DNA of 64,000 nucleotides from an uncultured Actinomycetota bacterium (GCA_963777945.1 CAVZSN010000010.1:4473-68472); one strand, 5' to 3'; shown: positions 23,847 to 39,454, counted from the stretch's first letter. Made by a program: numbers and translations. Notes: a model not told the origin generated them from the letters alone.

Positions 23847-24396
23847 ATGAGGGAGCAGGCCGGCCGGGTGATCCTTGGCCTCGACCCGGGGACTGCCTCC
23901 ACGGGGTTCGGAGTCATCTCTGTCGTCGGCAATCGTCTTCGCGCCGTGGACTTCGGGGTCGTGGAGACGCCGGCCGGAGTGCCGCTGGAGAGGCGTCTGG
24001 AGCAGATCTTCGCCGAGATGAGCGGACTTGCTGGCCAAGCACCAGCCGTCGGCCACCGCGGTCGAGTCCCTGTTCTTCAACGCCAACGTGCGCACCGCCC
24101 TGGCGGTGGGCCAGGCCCGGGGGGTGACGTTGCTCGCCTGCTCGCAGGCCGGGTGCGAGGTGTTCGAGTACACGCCCCAGCAGATCAAGCAGGCGGTGGT
24201 CGGCTACGGCAAGGCCACCAAGGAGCAGGTCATGGAGATGGTCCGCGTGCTCCTCGGCTTGCCCGAGGCCCCGCGCTCCGATCATGCGGCCGACGCTCTG
24301 GGGGTCGCCATCTGCCACGCCAACACCTGCGGCATCCGCGAGGGCGTTCGCAAGAGCCCGCAGGACGCGAGGCCGGCGGGGCGGAGTGCGCGGTGA
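23847..24396 (+). CDS. ruvC: Holliday junction resolvase RuvC (indel)
   Basis: [59 protein letters not shown]. Confidence 0.95.
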
Positions 24397-24988
24397 TCGA
24401 GCGGCTGACAGGACACTGGCCGCAGTCGCGGGCGAAGCGGTGGTCGTCGACGTAGGAGGCGTGGGCTTCCTTGTGGAAGTGTCGGCCGTCACCTTTCGCG
24501 ACCTGCCGGCCGTCGGGCGCCCCGGTCGTGCTACTGACGCATCTCCAGGTGCGCGAGGATGCGCTGCAGCTCTACGGCTTCTCCACCGACGAGGAGCGAG
24601 AGCTCTTCCGGCTGTTCCTGGGGGTGAGCAAGATCGGGCCCAAGCTGGCCCTGGCCGCACTCTCGTCACGGCGACCGGTCGATCTGAAGCGTGCTCTGGT
24701 CGACGGGAGACGTGGCGGTCTTCGCGCTCGATACCCGGCATCGGACGAAAGACGGCCGAGCGACTCATCCTGGAGCTCAAGGACAAGGTCGGGCGAAGCC
24801 GGGTCTCCCGGGCGGCGCGACGGTGTCCGGCGGCCTTGGCGCGGACGACGGCCCGGTGTCGCTGGCGCGGGCGGCCCTGCTCGAGCTGGGCTTCGGGGCA
24901 GCCGAGGCCGACAAGCTACTGGCGCGGGTCGAACCCGATCAGACCGGTGGAGGCCATAATCCGGCAGGCGCTTGCTGGCAAGGCTTGA
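24393..24988 (+). CDS. ruvA: Holliday junction branch migration protein RuvA (indels)
   Basis: [48 protein letters not shown]. Confidence 0.94.
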
Positions 24989-25013
24989 TAGGGCTCGGGG
25001 TAGGGGAGAGGTC

Positions 25014-26063
25014 ATGGCGTCGGAACACGAGAGACTGGCAGACCCCGAGGAGGCTCCTCTCGAGCAGGAGTTGGAGCGCTCGCTGCGACCGCGTTCGCTC
25101 GGCGGCCTTCGTGGGGCAGCCGATGCTGCGCGAGCAACTGGGCATCTTCATCGCGGCGGCCAAGTCCCGGGGCGAGCCGCTCGACCACGTGCTTCTGGCC
25201 GGACCTCCCGGGCTTGGGCAAGACCACTCTCGCCAACATCATCGCCGTGGAGATGGGGGTCAACATCTCCACCACCTCGGGGCCGGCGCTCGAGCGCAAG
25301 GCCGACATGGCGGCCATCCTCACCCATCTGCAGGAAGGCGACGTGCTCTTCATCGACGAGATCCACCGCCTGAACCGCGCCATCGAGGAGATCCTGTATC
25401 CGGCGATGGAGGACTTCGAGATCGACATCGTCATCGGGCAGGGGCCGAGCGCCCGGACCATCCGTCTGGAACTTCCGCACTTCACGCTCATCGGCGCCAC
25501 CACGCGCTCGGGCCTCATCACCACCCCGCTCCGCGACCGCTTCGGGTTCTCGCACCGCCTGGACTACTACTCGGTGGACGATCTCGGCCTCATCGTGCGA
25601 GCGTTCGGCCGGACATCCTGGCGGTGAGCATCGACGCTGAGGGTGCACACGAGCTGGCTCTGCGCTCGCGCGGTACGCCGCGCATCGCCAACCGCCTGCT
25701 GCGGCGGGTGCGCGACTTCGCCCAGGTCCGTCATCAGGGCAGCATCACCGGCGACATCGCTCTGGAGGCCTTGCATCTCTTCGAGGTGGACGACGAAGGT
25801 CTCGACCGGGTCGACCGCGAGATCCTCAATCTCATCCTCCACAAGTTCGACGGCGGGCCCGGTCGGGCTGTCCACCCTGGCCGTCGCCATCGGCGAGGAG
25901 GCCGACACCATCGAGGACGTCTACGAGCCCTTCCTGCTGCAGCGCGGGTTCCTCATGCGCACGCCCAGGGGCCGGGTGCTCACCCGGCTGGGCTACGAGC
26001 ACTGCGGCGTCACGCCGCCGGCGGCGCGCGCAGGAGCCGCGGCCCGGCACCCTTTTCGGCTGA
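25014..26063 (+). CDS. ruvB: Holliday junction helicase RuvB (indels)
   Basis: [66 protein letters not shown]. Confidence 0.96.
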
Positions 26064-26088
26064 GGCGGCGGAGGCCGCGTCACGGCGC

Positions 26089-26624
26089 ATGAGGCCTCCT
26101 GCTTCATACCTGTTGCGGTCCCTGCGCGAGCGCCACTATCCCGGTGTGGAAGTCGCGGGGGCTGGAGGTGACCGGCTTCTTCTTCAACCCGAACATCCAT
26201 CCGCTCCTCGAGTGGCGCCGGCGCGCCACAGGGGCGCGCGACGTGGCTCGAGATGACGCGGCGTCGAGATGGTGGAGGACCCGCCGTACGATCCTGCGGC
26301 GTGGTTCGCCGCCGTGATCCGGCGGGGAGGGGTCGCGGTGCCGGCGCTGCATCGGTCAGCGTCTCATGCGGACGGCCGAAGAGGCGGCCGCCCGCGGCTG
26401 CTCGGCCTTCTCCACGCACGCTGTCGATCAGCCCCTATCAGGACCACGAAGCCATCCGAAGTGCCGGTGAGGAGGCTGCACGCCGTCACGACGTGGAGTT
26501 CCTGTACGAGGATCTGCGGCCCCTCTACGGAGAATCGCGCCGTCTGAGCCGGGAATGGGGCGTCTACCGGCAGAAGTACTGCGGCTGCCTCGTCTCCGAG
26601 TGGGAGCGCTACCGTGGGTCTTGA
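26089..26624 (+). CDS. queH: Epoxyqueuosine reductase QueH (DUF208; indels)
   Basis: [35 protein letters not shown]; adjacent to queA-tgt. Confidence 0.88.
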
Positions 26625-26832
26625 GACATCGGCAAGATCCTCCTTGGGTGGGCGCTCGGCATCATCGTGCTGGGCGGCTTGCTGATGCTCTTCGCCAAGC
26701 TCGGGTGGACGCGGTTCCCCGGCACCTTCGTCTATCGCGGCAACAACGTGACGGTGTATCGTACCGATCGGGCTGATGATCCTGGTGAGCATGATCGGCT
26801 CGCTCATCCTTCACTTCCTGGACCGTCGATGA
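26612..26832 (+). CDS. DUF2905 small membrane protein (indels; start approximate)
   Basis: DIGKIL, LGGLLMLFAKLG.TRFPG.F.YRGNNVTVY.PIGLMILVS; usual position between ruvB and queA. Confidence 0.75.
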
Positions 26833-26866
26833 GCTCTCGTTCGGCTGCTGGACGCGGGTGACGAGC

Positions 26867-27950
26867 ATGCGCCTCGAGGAACTCGATCTTCGACATCCCC
26901 GAAGCGCTGATCGCACAGGAGCCTGCTGGAGCCGCGGGATTCCTGCCGCCTGCTCCATCTGGAGCTGGCGGACGGGCGGCAGCCACACCGTGTTCTCGTC
27001 GTCTGCCCGACCTTCTTCGGCCCGGTGACACTCTGGTGTTCAACGACTCCCGGGTGCTACCTGCCAGACTCGAGGCTCGGAGGGCGACCGGGGGCAAGGT
27101 GGAGCTGCTGTTCCTGCGGCCTGACGGCGCTCAGGTAGCCGAGGGCGAGCGCTGGGAAGCCCTCGCCCGGCCGTCGCATCGTCTGCGCGCTGGGCGAGCA
27201 GGTCATCGCTGCGGCGATGAAGAAGCCTTGATCCTCGCCGAGCGCACGGATGACGGGGGCTGGATCGTGGAGGGGTCGCCCGGTCGCTCGCTGGTGGCCC
27301 TCATGGAGCGGCACGGGCGGCTGCCGCTGCCGCCCTACATCAAGAACGTATCCGGCACGAGCCGGCCAGCTACCAGACCGTCTACGCCGCCACGCCGGGC
27401 TCGGCGGCCGCGCCCACGGCCGGTCTGCACTTCACCCCAGGTCTGCTGGAGCACCTGCGAGAGGCGGGCGTCGAGCTCGGCGTACGTCACCCTGCACGTG
27501 GGTCTGGACACCTTCCAGCCCATCCGCGAGGCAGTGGTCGAGGATCACAAGATCCACCGGGAGGCGTTCTCCGTCGTCGGCGGAAGCGCTGGCGACCATC
27601 CGCACCGCACGCGCATCGGGGCGAAGACTGGTGGCCGTGGGGACCACGGCCACCCGGGTGCTGGAGACGGTCGCGGCCCGCGGTGCTGCTCGACGGGCCT
27701 GAGCGTCCGGGAGGCGGTGGAGCGGCTCCACCGACATCTACATCACCCCGGGCTACCGTTTCCGGGCCGTCGATGCGCCTCATCACCAACTTCCATCTTC
27801 CGCGCAGCACCGTGCTGGCGCTGACCATGGCCTTCGTCGGCGTGGAGCGGCTGCGGCAGGCGTACGCCGAGGCCATCGCCATGGGGTACCGGTTCTTCAG
27901 CTTCGGGGACGCGATGCTGGCGGAGGCGGGCGCCGATGCGGACGTCTTGA
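26867..27950 (+). CDS. queA: S-adenosylmethionine:tRNA ribosyltransferase-isomerase (indels)
   Basis: [77 protein letters not shown]. Confidence 0.95.
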
Positions 27951-29091
27951 CGGTCTCCCCGACTTCCCCTTCACCGTCGAGGCCCGCGACGGCGAGGCCC
28001 GGGCGGGCCTCTTGGAGACCCCGCGGGGGACCGTCCGCACGCCCTGCTTCATGCCGGTGGGGACCAAGGGCACCGTCAAGGCGATGACTCCCGACGAGGC
28101 TGAAGGCCGTCGGGGCTCAGATCGTGCTGGCCAACACCTACCACCTGGCGCTCAGGCCCGGCAGCGAGACGGTCCGCCGTCTGGGCGGTCTGCACGCGTT
28201 CATGCAGTGGGACGGGCCCCTGCTCACCGACAGCGGGGGATACCAGGTCTTCAGCCTCCGAGACACGGCGAAGGTCGACGACAACGGGGTGGCCTTCCGC
28301 TCCATCTACGACGGTTCGAAGCACGTGTTCACTCCCGAGCGCGCCATGGCCGAGCAGCGGGCCCTGGGCGCCGATCTCATCATGTGCTTCGACCAGTGCC
28401 CGCCCGGCACCGCCACGGAGTCGGAGGTGGCCGAGGCGGTGGAGCGCACCTCGAACTGGGCGGAGACGGTGCAAGCAGGCTCATCAGGAGCACGACGGGA
28501 TCGGCACCGACGGGCCGCAGATGCTCCTGGGCATCATGCAGGGGGGAGTGATCCCGCGGCTGCGGAGGACAAGCGCGGAACAGCTGCTGGAGATCGGCTT
28601 TCCCGGGTACGCCATCGGGGGTCTGACGGTGGGGGAGGACCGGGAGCGCCATGCTGGAGACCACCTCGCTGGCCACCTCGCTTCTGCCTGCCGACCGGCT
28701 GCGCTACTTCATGGGCATCGGCGACCCTGAGGGACTCATCGAAGTCATCGCGCGCGGCGTGGACATGTTCGACTGCGTGCTTCCCACCCGCACCGCCCGT
28801 ATGGGCACGGCGTTCACGCGAACCGGCCGCATCAACCTGCGAAACGCCGAGCACGCCCTGTCCACCGAACCGCTGGATCCGGACTGCCCCTGCGCAGGCC
28901 TGCTCGCGGTTCTCCCGAGGGGCCATCACGGCATTTCGTCATGCAGAAGGAGATCCTCGGGATCATCCTGCTTGACCGAGCATAATCTGACCTTCCTCAC
29001 CAGACTGGTGGAGGAGGCCAGACGGGCCATCATGGAGGGGCGTTTCGCCGCGTTCCGGAGCGGTCTCGATGCTGGGTTTTTGGTAAGATAG
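27936..29091 (+). CDS. tgt: tRNA-guanine transglycosylase (indels)
   Basis: [61 protein letters not shown]. Confidence 0.96.
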
Positions 29092-29157
29092 CGTCTCATG
29101 TGTTGGGGCGGGTTCCTGCTCGCCGCCGTGCGAGCGGTCCATCTAGAAGGAGGACAG

Positions 29158-29601
29158 TTGTCCAGTTCAGCAGGTATGTTGATCATCTACGTCGTGGCCT
29201 TCATCGCCATCTTCTACTTCATGGCGATCAGGCCGCAGCAGAGGCAGCGCAAGGCCCACCAGGCTCTGCTCTCTTCGCTCAAGAAGGGCGACCGTATCAT
29301 CACCGCGGCCGGCATGTACGGCACGGTCAAGCGGGTCGAGGAAAACATCGTCGTGGTCGAGATCGCAAAGGGCGTCACCATCAAGATCGCCCGCCGCGCC
29401 GTGGCCGAGATCATCCGCGACCAGGCCGAAGCCCGGGCCGCTGCGCCTGAAGGCCCGTCCCGCGGCAAGAACGCTCCTGCCGAGATCGAGGCGGCCGACG
29501 AGACCGAGGCCACGGACGAGATTGCGACCGCCGACGAGAGCGCTTCGACAGAGGTCGCCTCGGACGAAACCGGCGAGGGGACCGACTCGTCGCAGACCTG
29601 A
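29158..29601 (+). CDS. yajC: Preprotein translocase subunit YajC
   Basis: FYFMAIRPQQRQRK...LKKGDRIITAAGMYGTV; acidic tail; RBS AGGAGG. Confidence 0.95.
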   Translation: MSSSAGMLIIYVVAFIAIFYFMAIRPQQRQRKAHQALLSSLKKGDRIITAAGMYGTVKRVEENIVVVEIAKGVTIKIARRAVAEIIRDQAEARAAAPEGPSRGKNAPAEIEAADETEATDEIATADESASTEVASDETGEGTDSSQT

Positions 29602-29688
29602 CAGGGTCTTCGCGGACAGTAGGCGCGCGCCTTTGCGGCGCGCCGCCATGCCCTAGCGTAATCGAACCGTCTCCAGGAAGGTACGCTG

Positions 29689-31089
29689 TTGTCCAGAGTA
29701 AGGCGTGACGCAGGGATACTGGTGCTCGTGGCGATTCTGCTGGGCGTCGCCGCCTGGCTTCGCGTTCCCGCTACGAGAAGACCAATCTGGGTCTGGATCT
29801 TCAGGGTGGCCTGTCGGTCATCCTCGAGGGCCAGACCAGCGCCAACAACCCCGTCACCGACGACAAGATGGACCAGGCGGTCAAGGTCATCCAGGACCGG
29901 GTGAACCGCCTGGGCGTGGCCGAGCCCGAGATCCAGCGGCAGGGCGACCGACAAGATCAGCGTGCAACTCCCCGGCATCGACAACCCGGAGGAAGCTCTC
30001 AAGGTCATCGGCAAGACGGCCGTCGCTCGAGTTCTTCGACGTCAAGCAGTTCGGCACGCCCTACGCCACCCAGGAGGAGGCCCTGACCGCGGCCGGGGTG
30101 ACCTCCGTCGACGAGCTTCCGGCCGGCACGCAGATGATCCATTGGCCGGTCAACGGTGGCAACCTGTCCGATCAGTGGTTCGTCGTCACCACGCCGGCGG
30201 TGCTCACGGGCGCCATGCTCAAGGGCGCGCAATGGACCTACGACCAGAACAACAGCCCAAGGTCGACATGCAGTTCAACGACGAGGGGGCGAAGACGTTC
30301 GAGGACGTCACCGGCCGCATGGCCGAGACGGCCCAGATCACCGGCGAGGACCAACTCCTCGCCATCGTCCTCGACGGCGAGGTCGCGTCGGCTCCCCGGG
30401 TGACTGGAGCAGATCTCCGGCGGCAGACGCCGAGATCACCGGCAAGTTCACGGTCGACGAGGCCAAGAACCTTGCTTTGGTCCTCGACACCGGGCGACTT
30501 CCGGTCGAACTGAAGGCCGTCAGCCAGAGCAGCATCGGGGCCATCCTCGGCAAGTCGGCGCTCAATCAGGCTCTCATCGCCGGCGCCGTCGGCCTGCTGC
30601 TGGTGATGATCTTCATGATCGCGTACTACCGCCTCCTCGGCGTGGTGGCGAGCATCGCGCTCATCATCTATGGGGTCTTGTTCATCGGAATACTCAACGC
30701 CATCGGGGTCACCATGACCTTGCCGGGCATCGCCGGCATGATCCTCACACTGGGGATGGCGGTCGACGCCAACGTGCTCATCTTCGCGCGCATGCGGGAC
30801 GAAGTGGCGGCCGGCAAGACCATCGGTGCGGCCACCAGCGCCGGCTTCAAGAAGGCCTTCCGCGCGGTGTTCGACTGCAACATGACCACCATCATCACCG
30901 CCGATCATCCTGTTCTGGGCGGCCTCAGGCAGCATCAAGGGCTTCGCCCTGACCCTCGGCATCGGGGTCGCGCTGTCGATGTTCACCGCCGTCCTCGTGA
31001 CTCGGTCGATGCTCACCCTGCTCAGCGGGTGGAAGCCGTTCCGCAACCCCAAGCTGCTGGGCCTGCATGTGCGGGCGCGAAGAACATGA
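29689..31089 (+). CDS. secD: Protein translocase subunit SecD (indels)
   Basis: LGLDLQGG, RVNRLGVAEPEIQRQG, LAIVLDG, LPGIAGMILTLGMAVDANVLIF, IKGFALTLGIG. Confidence 0.94.
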
Positions 31090-32193
31090 AGGTCTACCCC
31101 TTCATGCGCTACAAGTGGTGGTTCCTCAGCACGCTCGGCGCGGTCACGGTGTTCGCGGTCGTCACCATCTTCGTCGTCGGACTTGACTTCGGCATCGACT
31201 TCAAGGGTGGCACCCGCATGGAGGTGGGGCTGGAGCAGCAGGCCACGGTCGACGAGGTCCGCTCGATCGTGAGCGACGCTCGGCGTCCAGGATCCGGTGG
31301 TCCAGGAGGTCACCGGGGCCAGCGGCACCCACTCGTTCATGATCACCGCGCAGGACATGACCGAGGAGCAGTCCAAGCAGGTCCTTGCCGAGCTCGACAG
31401 CCGGTTCGGCACCACGCAAGAGGCCACAGGGACCGAATCGGTCGGGGCCAGCTTCGGCAAGGAGACCACCAACCGGGCCTTCATCGCCTGCGCCATCGCC
31501 ATCGTCGCGATCATCGGCTACCTCACGTTCCGCTTCGAGTTCAAGTTCGCCATCCCGGCCATCGTCGCCCTGCTGCACGACGTGGGCTTGACGCTGGGTA
31601 TCTACGCCGCCAGCAACCGGCTGGTGACCACTGCGACGGTCGCGGCCATCTTGACCATCCTGGGGTATTCGGTCCACGACACCATCATCGTGTTCGACCG
31701 CATCCGGGAGAACACGCCTCTGATGAAGAACGAGAGACGTACGGCGACATGGTCGACCTGTCGATCAGGCAGACGCTGATCCGGTCGATCAATACCACCA
31801 TCGCGCTTGCTCCTGCCGCTTGGTCGCCATCCTCATCTTCGGCGGGCCGACACTCAAGGACTTCGCCTTCGCCCTCACCATCGGCGTCCTCACCGGCACC
31901 TACTCGTCGTTCTTCGTGGCGTCGCCGCTCGTGGTCCTGTGGAAGGAGCGGGAGCCTCGGTATCGCAAGCGCCTCGCCCTTGCGGGTGCCGGAGCGTCCG
32001 GCGTCGCGTACGTGGCAGACGATGCGGCGCCGATAGATATCGACGGCCCGGCCGTGGCGGCCACGTCTGCGCCATCAGCCGCGGCGTGCCCCAGTGACCG
32101 GCGGGCAGAAGCGCCGGGGTCAAGCCGAAGCAGGCGCGGGTTTCGCAGAAGTCGAAGAAAGGTAAGAGCTCTAAGCGACCGCCGGGGAAGTGA
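31086..32193 (+). CDS. secF: Protein translocase subunit SecF (indels)
   Basis: [59 protein letters not shown]; Lys-rich tail ends at TGA 32191-32193. Confidence 0.94.
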
Positions 32194-32227
32194 TCGCGTG
32201 CAGAGGTCTCGTCCTGAGGAGGATGCC

Positions 32228-32642
32228 ATGTTCGACGACGCTGACTCAAGAGGCACAGAAGCGCGAAGCAGCGGGCAGAGTATCCGGGACTTGATCGAAC
32301 GGACCTTCTTGATCGGGGTGGGGGCCGCGGCCTTCACCAAGGACCGCGTCCAGGAACTGGTCGAAGAGTTCGTCCGCCGGGGCGAGCTGAGCGGCGACGA
32401 AGGCCGGGAGATGGTCGACCGGCTCGTCACGCGCAGCCGGGATGAGGCCAGATCGGTGGTCAAGACGCGCCGATTCCTCACTTCAAGGCGCGCTGCGCGA
32501 CTTCGGTGTGACCACCAGGCGCGAGCTCGAAGACCTGGAGCTGCGCGTCCGCCAACTCGAGCATCGCATCGCCCTGCTGGAAGGCCCTCAGCCGGCCGAC
32601 GCTTCGGACTCGGGGGCTGAGGACGCAGGAGCAGCCGACTAG
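32228..32642 (+). CDS. Phasin-like / PHA-granule-associated coiled-coil protein (indel)
   Basis: [33 protein letters not shown]...[16 protein letters not shown]. Confidence 0.75.
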
Positions 32643-32691
32643 AGCCCTGCGGCCGACGAGCCCAGAACGGCCGGCAGCGCAGAGGCGCGTA

Positions 32692-34378
32692 GTGGCCCCG
32701 CCCACGCCAAGACACCCAGGTCTGCTCACCCGCATCCGCAACCTCGAGCGGATACGCGAGGTCTCGGAGGTCGCCTTCCGTCACGGCTTCGGCTACTTCT
32801 TCGAGCGCCACCGGCTCTTTCCATCGATCCGGCATTGGCGCCGGCCCGAGCCCTCCGCCGCCCGCGCAGCGCGGCCGCCACATCCGGGAGATGCTCGACG
32901 AGCTGGGGCCGACGTTCGTGAAGTTCGGCCAGCTGCTCAGCACCCGTCCCGACATCCTGCCGGCCGACATCGTGCAGGAGCTGGTCAAGCTGCAGGACCA
33001 GGTGTCGCCCCTCGAGTTCGCCGTCGTCGGTGAGGTGATCCAGGAGGAGCTCGGTCTCACCGTCGAGCAGGCCTTCGAAAGCTTCGACCGCGAGCCTCTC
33101 GCCGCCGCCTCCATCGGGCAGGTGCACGGTGCCGTGCTGCCCGGCGGAGAGCGGGTGGTGGTCAAGGTCCAGCGACCGGGCGCCCCGCGACAGATCCGGA
33201 AGGACGTAGACGTCCTCCTCCAGTTGGCCGAGGCGCTCGAAGGCCGACTGGAGGTCGGTTTCTCGCCGACGGCCGTGGTCAACGAGTTCGCGCGCTCCAT
33301 CGCCCGCGAGCTCGACTACATCCTCGAGGCCCGCAACGCCGAGCGGTTCGCGCAAGAACTTCCCCGAAGGCGGCACGGTGCACGATCCCTCGCGTCTACT
33401 GGCAGTACAGCACCAGCCGGGTGCTGACCATGGAGCGCATCGACGGGCCCACCCTGAACAGTCCGGAGGTCGCGGCACTGCCGCTGGAGGAACGTCGTGT
33501 CATCGCCGAGGCCGTGGCGGACTGCTGGTTCAGGCAGATCCTGCACGACGGCTTCTTCCACGGGGACCCACATCCTGCCAACATCGCCTATTTGGGCGAG
33601 GGCCGTATCGCCCTCTTCGACTTCGGCACGGCCGGCTTCCTCCGCAGCGAAGACCTCGATGAAGGGGTGAGGCTGTTCCTTCACGTGATGGGCTCCGATA
33701 TTCCCGGGATCAAGCGCTCTCTGCGCCGGCTTGGAGTGGAGTGGAGCCCCTCGGCGGACGAGGCCGTGACCCAGGCCATCGAGGAGGGCTTCAGCCGCTA
33801 CTTCGGCATGTCTTCGCGGAACGTGGACATGACCTCGCTGCTCCGCCAGGTGTTCGACATCGTCTACTCGCTGCGTCTTCGACTCCCCAGTCGGTTTCTT
33901 GCTGCTGGACAAGGCTTTGCTCACGATGGAGGGGGTCGTCAAGCAACTGTATCCCGACCTTGAGATCTTCGAGATGGGTCGTCGAGTACGCCGAGGAGCT
34001 CAAGCGCAGGCGGCTGGATCCCCGTACGATCGCGGGCCGAGCACATCGCTACGCGGCTGAGTATGCCCAGTCTTTCAGGACTACCCGCTGCAGGTCCACG
34101 AGTTGCTCGACGAGATGCGCGCCGGGGAGATGGAGATCAAGTTCCGTCACACGGGACTGGAAGAACGTCATCCACCGCCTGGACGTCATCACCAATCGGC
34201 TGGTGATGGCCCTGGTCAGCATCGCCTTCGGCGTCACCAGCACAGCTGGTGGCGGTGTTCGTCGAAGGCGGGCCCGCACGTAGGCGGGCTGTCGGTGTGG
34301 GGCGTACCCGGTTTCGCGCTCTCACTGTTCTTTGGCGTGTGGCTGATCTACGCGATCATCCGTTCGGGACGCCTGTGA
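32692..34378 (+). CDS. AarF/UbiB/ABC1 family atypical kinase with C-terminal TM helices (indels)
   Basis: LGPTFVKFGQLLSTRPD, PLAAASIGQVH, VVKVQRP, ELDY..EA.N, FFHGDPHPANI, DFG, LIYAIIRSGRL. Confidence 0.92.
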
Positions 34379-34462
34379 GCGCGTAGCCTCAGGCGCTGAG
34401 AGGGTCGGAGCCGCGCCCGCGGCCAAGGCCTGTCCTTCCCGGCCGGCTATAGTGTCTCTGAC

Positions 34463-37048
34463 ATGGATTTCGCTGAGTCTCTCGACACACCCGTTGGAAG
34501 GTGAACCCGTATCCCTGGGTCGCCTCGCGACAGGCTGGCCGAGGCGCTCTGGGGCTGCCGCTCGTCGCCGCCATGGTCCTTGCGGGCCGGGGCTATCACC
34601 GATCCCGTGGAGGCGCGGCGGTTCCTCGAATGCGACGCAGACATCCCCGATCCGTTCTTGTTCGCCCACATGGAGGGAGCTGTAGCGGCCATCTCCGCGG
34701 CCATCGACCGGGGCGGACGGGTCGTCGTCCACGGTGACTACGACGCCGACGGCATCACGGCGACGGCCCTCATGCTCGCTAGGGCTGCGGGATCTGGGAC
34801 TGGAGGCCGAGTGGTATCTGCCCAGCCGCTTCAAGGAGGGTTACGGACTCTCGCGGACGGCGGTCGAGACCATCACCGCCGGCGGACCGGGACTTCTCAT
34901 CACGGTGGACTGCGGAGTCAACTACCCGGACGAGGTGGCACTACGCCAAGGAGTCGCGGGCTCGAAGTGGTGGTCGTCGATCACCACCAGCCCGGCCCGG
35001 TACTGCCCGACTGTCATCTCATCCACGAGGTGGCCGGCGAGTACCCGCACGGGACGCTCTGCGGCGTCGGACTGGCGCTCAAGGTGCTCCATGCCCTTCA
35101 CATGACGCGGCGGGGCGCGGCCGCCGACAGACTGCCGAAGGAGCTTGAGAGCATGCTCGACCTGGTCGCCGTCGGCACCATCGCCGACCTGGCTTCGCTG
35201 ATCGGCGAGAACCGCTACTACGTGCGCGAAGGCCTCAAGCTCATCGCCATCGGCCAGCGCGTCGGGCTGCGCGCGCTGGCCGCGGTCTCGGGCTGCACCG
35301 GCTCGCACGGACTCGGCCACCGTGGCCTACCGTCTGGCCCCACGGCTGAACGCCGCCGGACGGCTCGCCGATCCGTCGCCGCCCCTCCGCCTGCTTGCTC
35401 ACCGAAGACGAGAAGGAGGCCGCCGCGCTCGCCCAGACCTTGCACGAGCTGAACGGGGCCCGGCAGGACGTGGAACGGCAGATACTTGGACGAGGCGGTG
35501 CGAGTGCGTCGAGAGCCAGCGGGCCGCTGCCGCCCGTCATCGTGCTGGCGGGCGAAGGACTGGCACGAGGGGGTGGTGGGCATCGTCGCCGCCCGGCTTG
35601 GTGGAGCGGTACCACCGCCCCGCGATCCTCCTGGGGCATACGGGAAGGTGTGGCCAAGGGATCGGGCCGGAGCATCGCTCGGTACGACATCATGCAGGCG
35701 CTCAACGCCTGCGCTGAGCACCTGACCATCTACGGAGGGCATCCGCAGGCGGTCGGGCTGACGCTGGAGGCCGACCGGGTGGACGAGTTTCGCGCGGCCA
35801 TCGAGCAACACGCGGGAGCGCTGCTCGAGCCCCGGCGACCTGGTGCCTACCTATCCGCGCCGACGCGGTGCTGCGTGGAGAGGACATCAATGCCGATACC
35901 GCGCTGGCGCTGGCATCGCTGGGACCATTCGGCAGCGGCAATCCCCGGCCGCGTCTCTTGCTGGTGGGCGCCGATCTGCAGCAGGCCGAAGCCTACTCGC
36001 GATGGCTCTCACCTGCGCTGCACCGTCCGGGTGGACGGGGTGAGAGCGCGCGGCATCGGCTTCGGGATGGGGGCAAGCCGCCGCGGCACTGCAGGCCGAT
36101 GGCTGCGGCAAGCTGCGTGGGCGTGCAATTCCGGGTCGACTCTTGGCAGGGCTCGCTGCGGCCGGAGTTCCTCATCGAGCATCTCGCCTCGCCGGCGGCC
36201 GGCGCGCGGGCATTGCCTGAGTGCGGACCGGGATGCCCCTCTGGAACGCCGAACGGGAGCGGATCGCAGCGGGAGCGAGGCGATGCGCCGTCATGAGACC
36301 TCCGGCGGAGTCGGTGAGGTGCTGGCGGGTCTCGATCCGCGGCTCGTGCCCGCGACCTGCGGGACCGTCCGGGCACACGAGCGCGCTGGCCCAGGTGCTG
36401 GCCACCGGGCGAGACGACTGCTCGTGGTCGGCTGCTCTCTGCCGCACATGCTCACCGACGCTCGAGAGACGCTCCCGTTCGCGGATCTCTGCCGGCACGG
36501 CCTGGCGTGCCTGGCCGCGGTGCTGCCGCAGGGGTCGCAGGAGCGACGCTGATGGAACGGCCGGGGTGGTGATGACGCGAGTGGGACGTGCTGACGCGCG
36601 CGCCCGAGCTCGGGGCGCGCGCGCACATCGTTGCTGTCGATCCTCCCTACCGGACTGAGCATGTGCGTCGCTGCGGGAAGCGGCGCGCAGAAGGGGGCGA
36701 ACCTCCACCTCTACTACGGGCACGAGGAGCGACAGGCCGACGGCCCGGCTCCTCCGGTATCTCGTCCATCCGCGCTTCGCCATGGTTTGCGCCTACCGGG
36801 CTTTGCGAGGACTCGATTCCAGGCCGAAAGGAGCGTGGTAGAGGCCGAGGTGCTCAGACGGGCCGCGGAGTTGGCCTGGCAGGAGGCCCACGTCGCACGT
36901 CGGGCACGACGCGCTGTCGCGCGGGCGCTGGAGATCCTGCGGAGCAGCTCGGTTTGGACCGGCGTCGAGCGGGAGAGGCTAAACTAGACGCACGCGACAT
37001 CCCGGCCTACGCCGAGGCGGAAGCCGAATATGAGGAGTGCTCCAGACT

Positions 37049-37064
<16 letters not shown>
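34463..37064 (+). CDS. recJ: Single-stranded DNA exonuclease RecJ with long C-terminal extension (many indels)
   Basis: HGDYDADGIT, EGYGL, ITVDCG, VDHH, LCGVG, AVGTIAD, PRLNAAGRL, KGSGRS, GGH..AVG, PFGSGNP.P. Confidence 0.92.
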
Positions 37065-39322
<2,258 letters not shown>

Positions 39323-39454
39323 CGACCGGCTCTTCGTCGCAGGACCGATAGGTCTCGTGGCGGGTCGAGGCCAGCCCGCCTCTGGTAGAATTGCTGGCCG
39401 TGGACGGGCCGCACTGGGCCCGGTCTCGCTACGCTACAGGAGAGGGATCTGGTC

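Noticed and set aside
24691-26256. 521-aa RuvA-RuvB fusion ORF
   Set aside because: Chimera of shifted frames; ruvA has its own stop at 24988 and ruvB its own RBS and ATG at 25014.
27900-27990. QueA-Tgt fusion
   Set aside because: GGAGG with an ATG at 27936 and a TGA at 27948-27950 fit two overlapping genes plus an indel; not resolvable without polishing.
37023-37030. GCCGAATA upstream of rel as another sigma28-type -10
   Set aside because: No TAAA/TCAA-like -35 at 16 nt, and it lies within recJ coding sequence.
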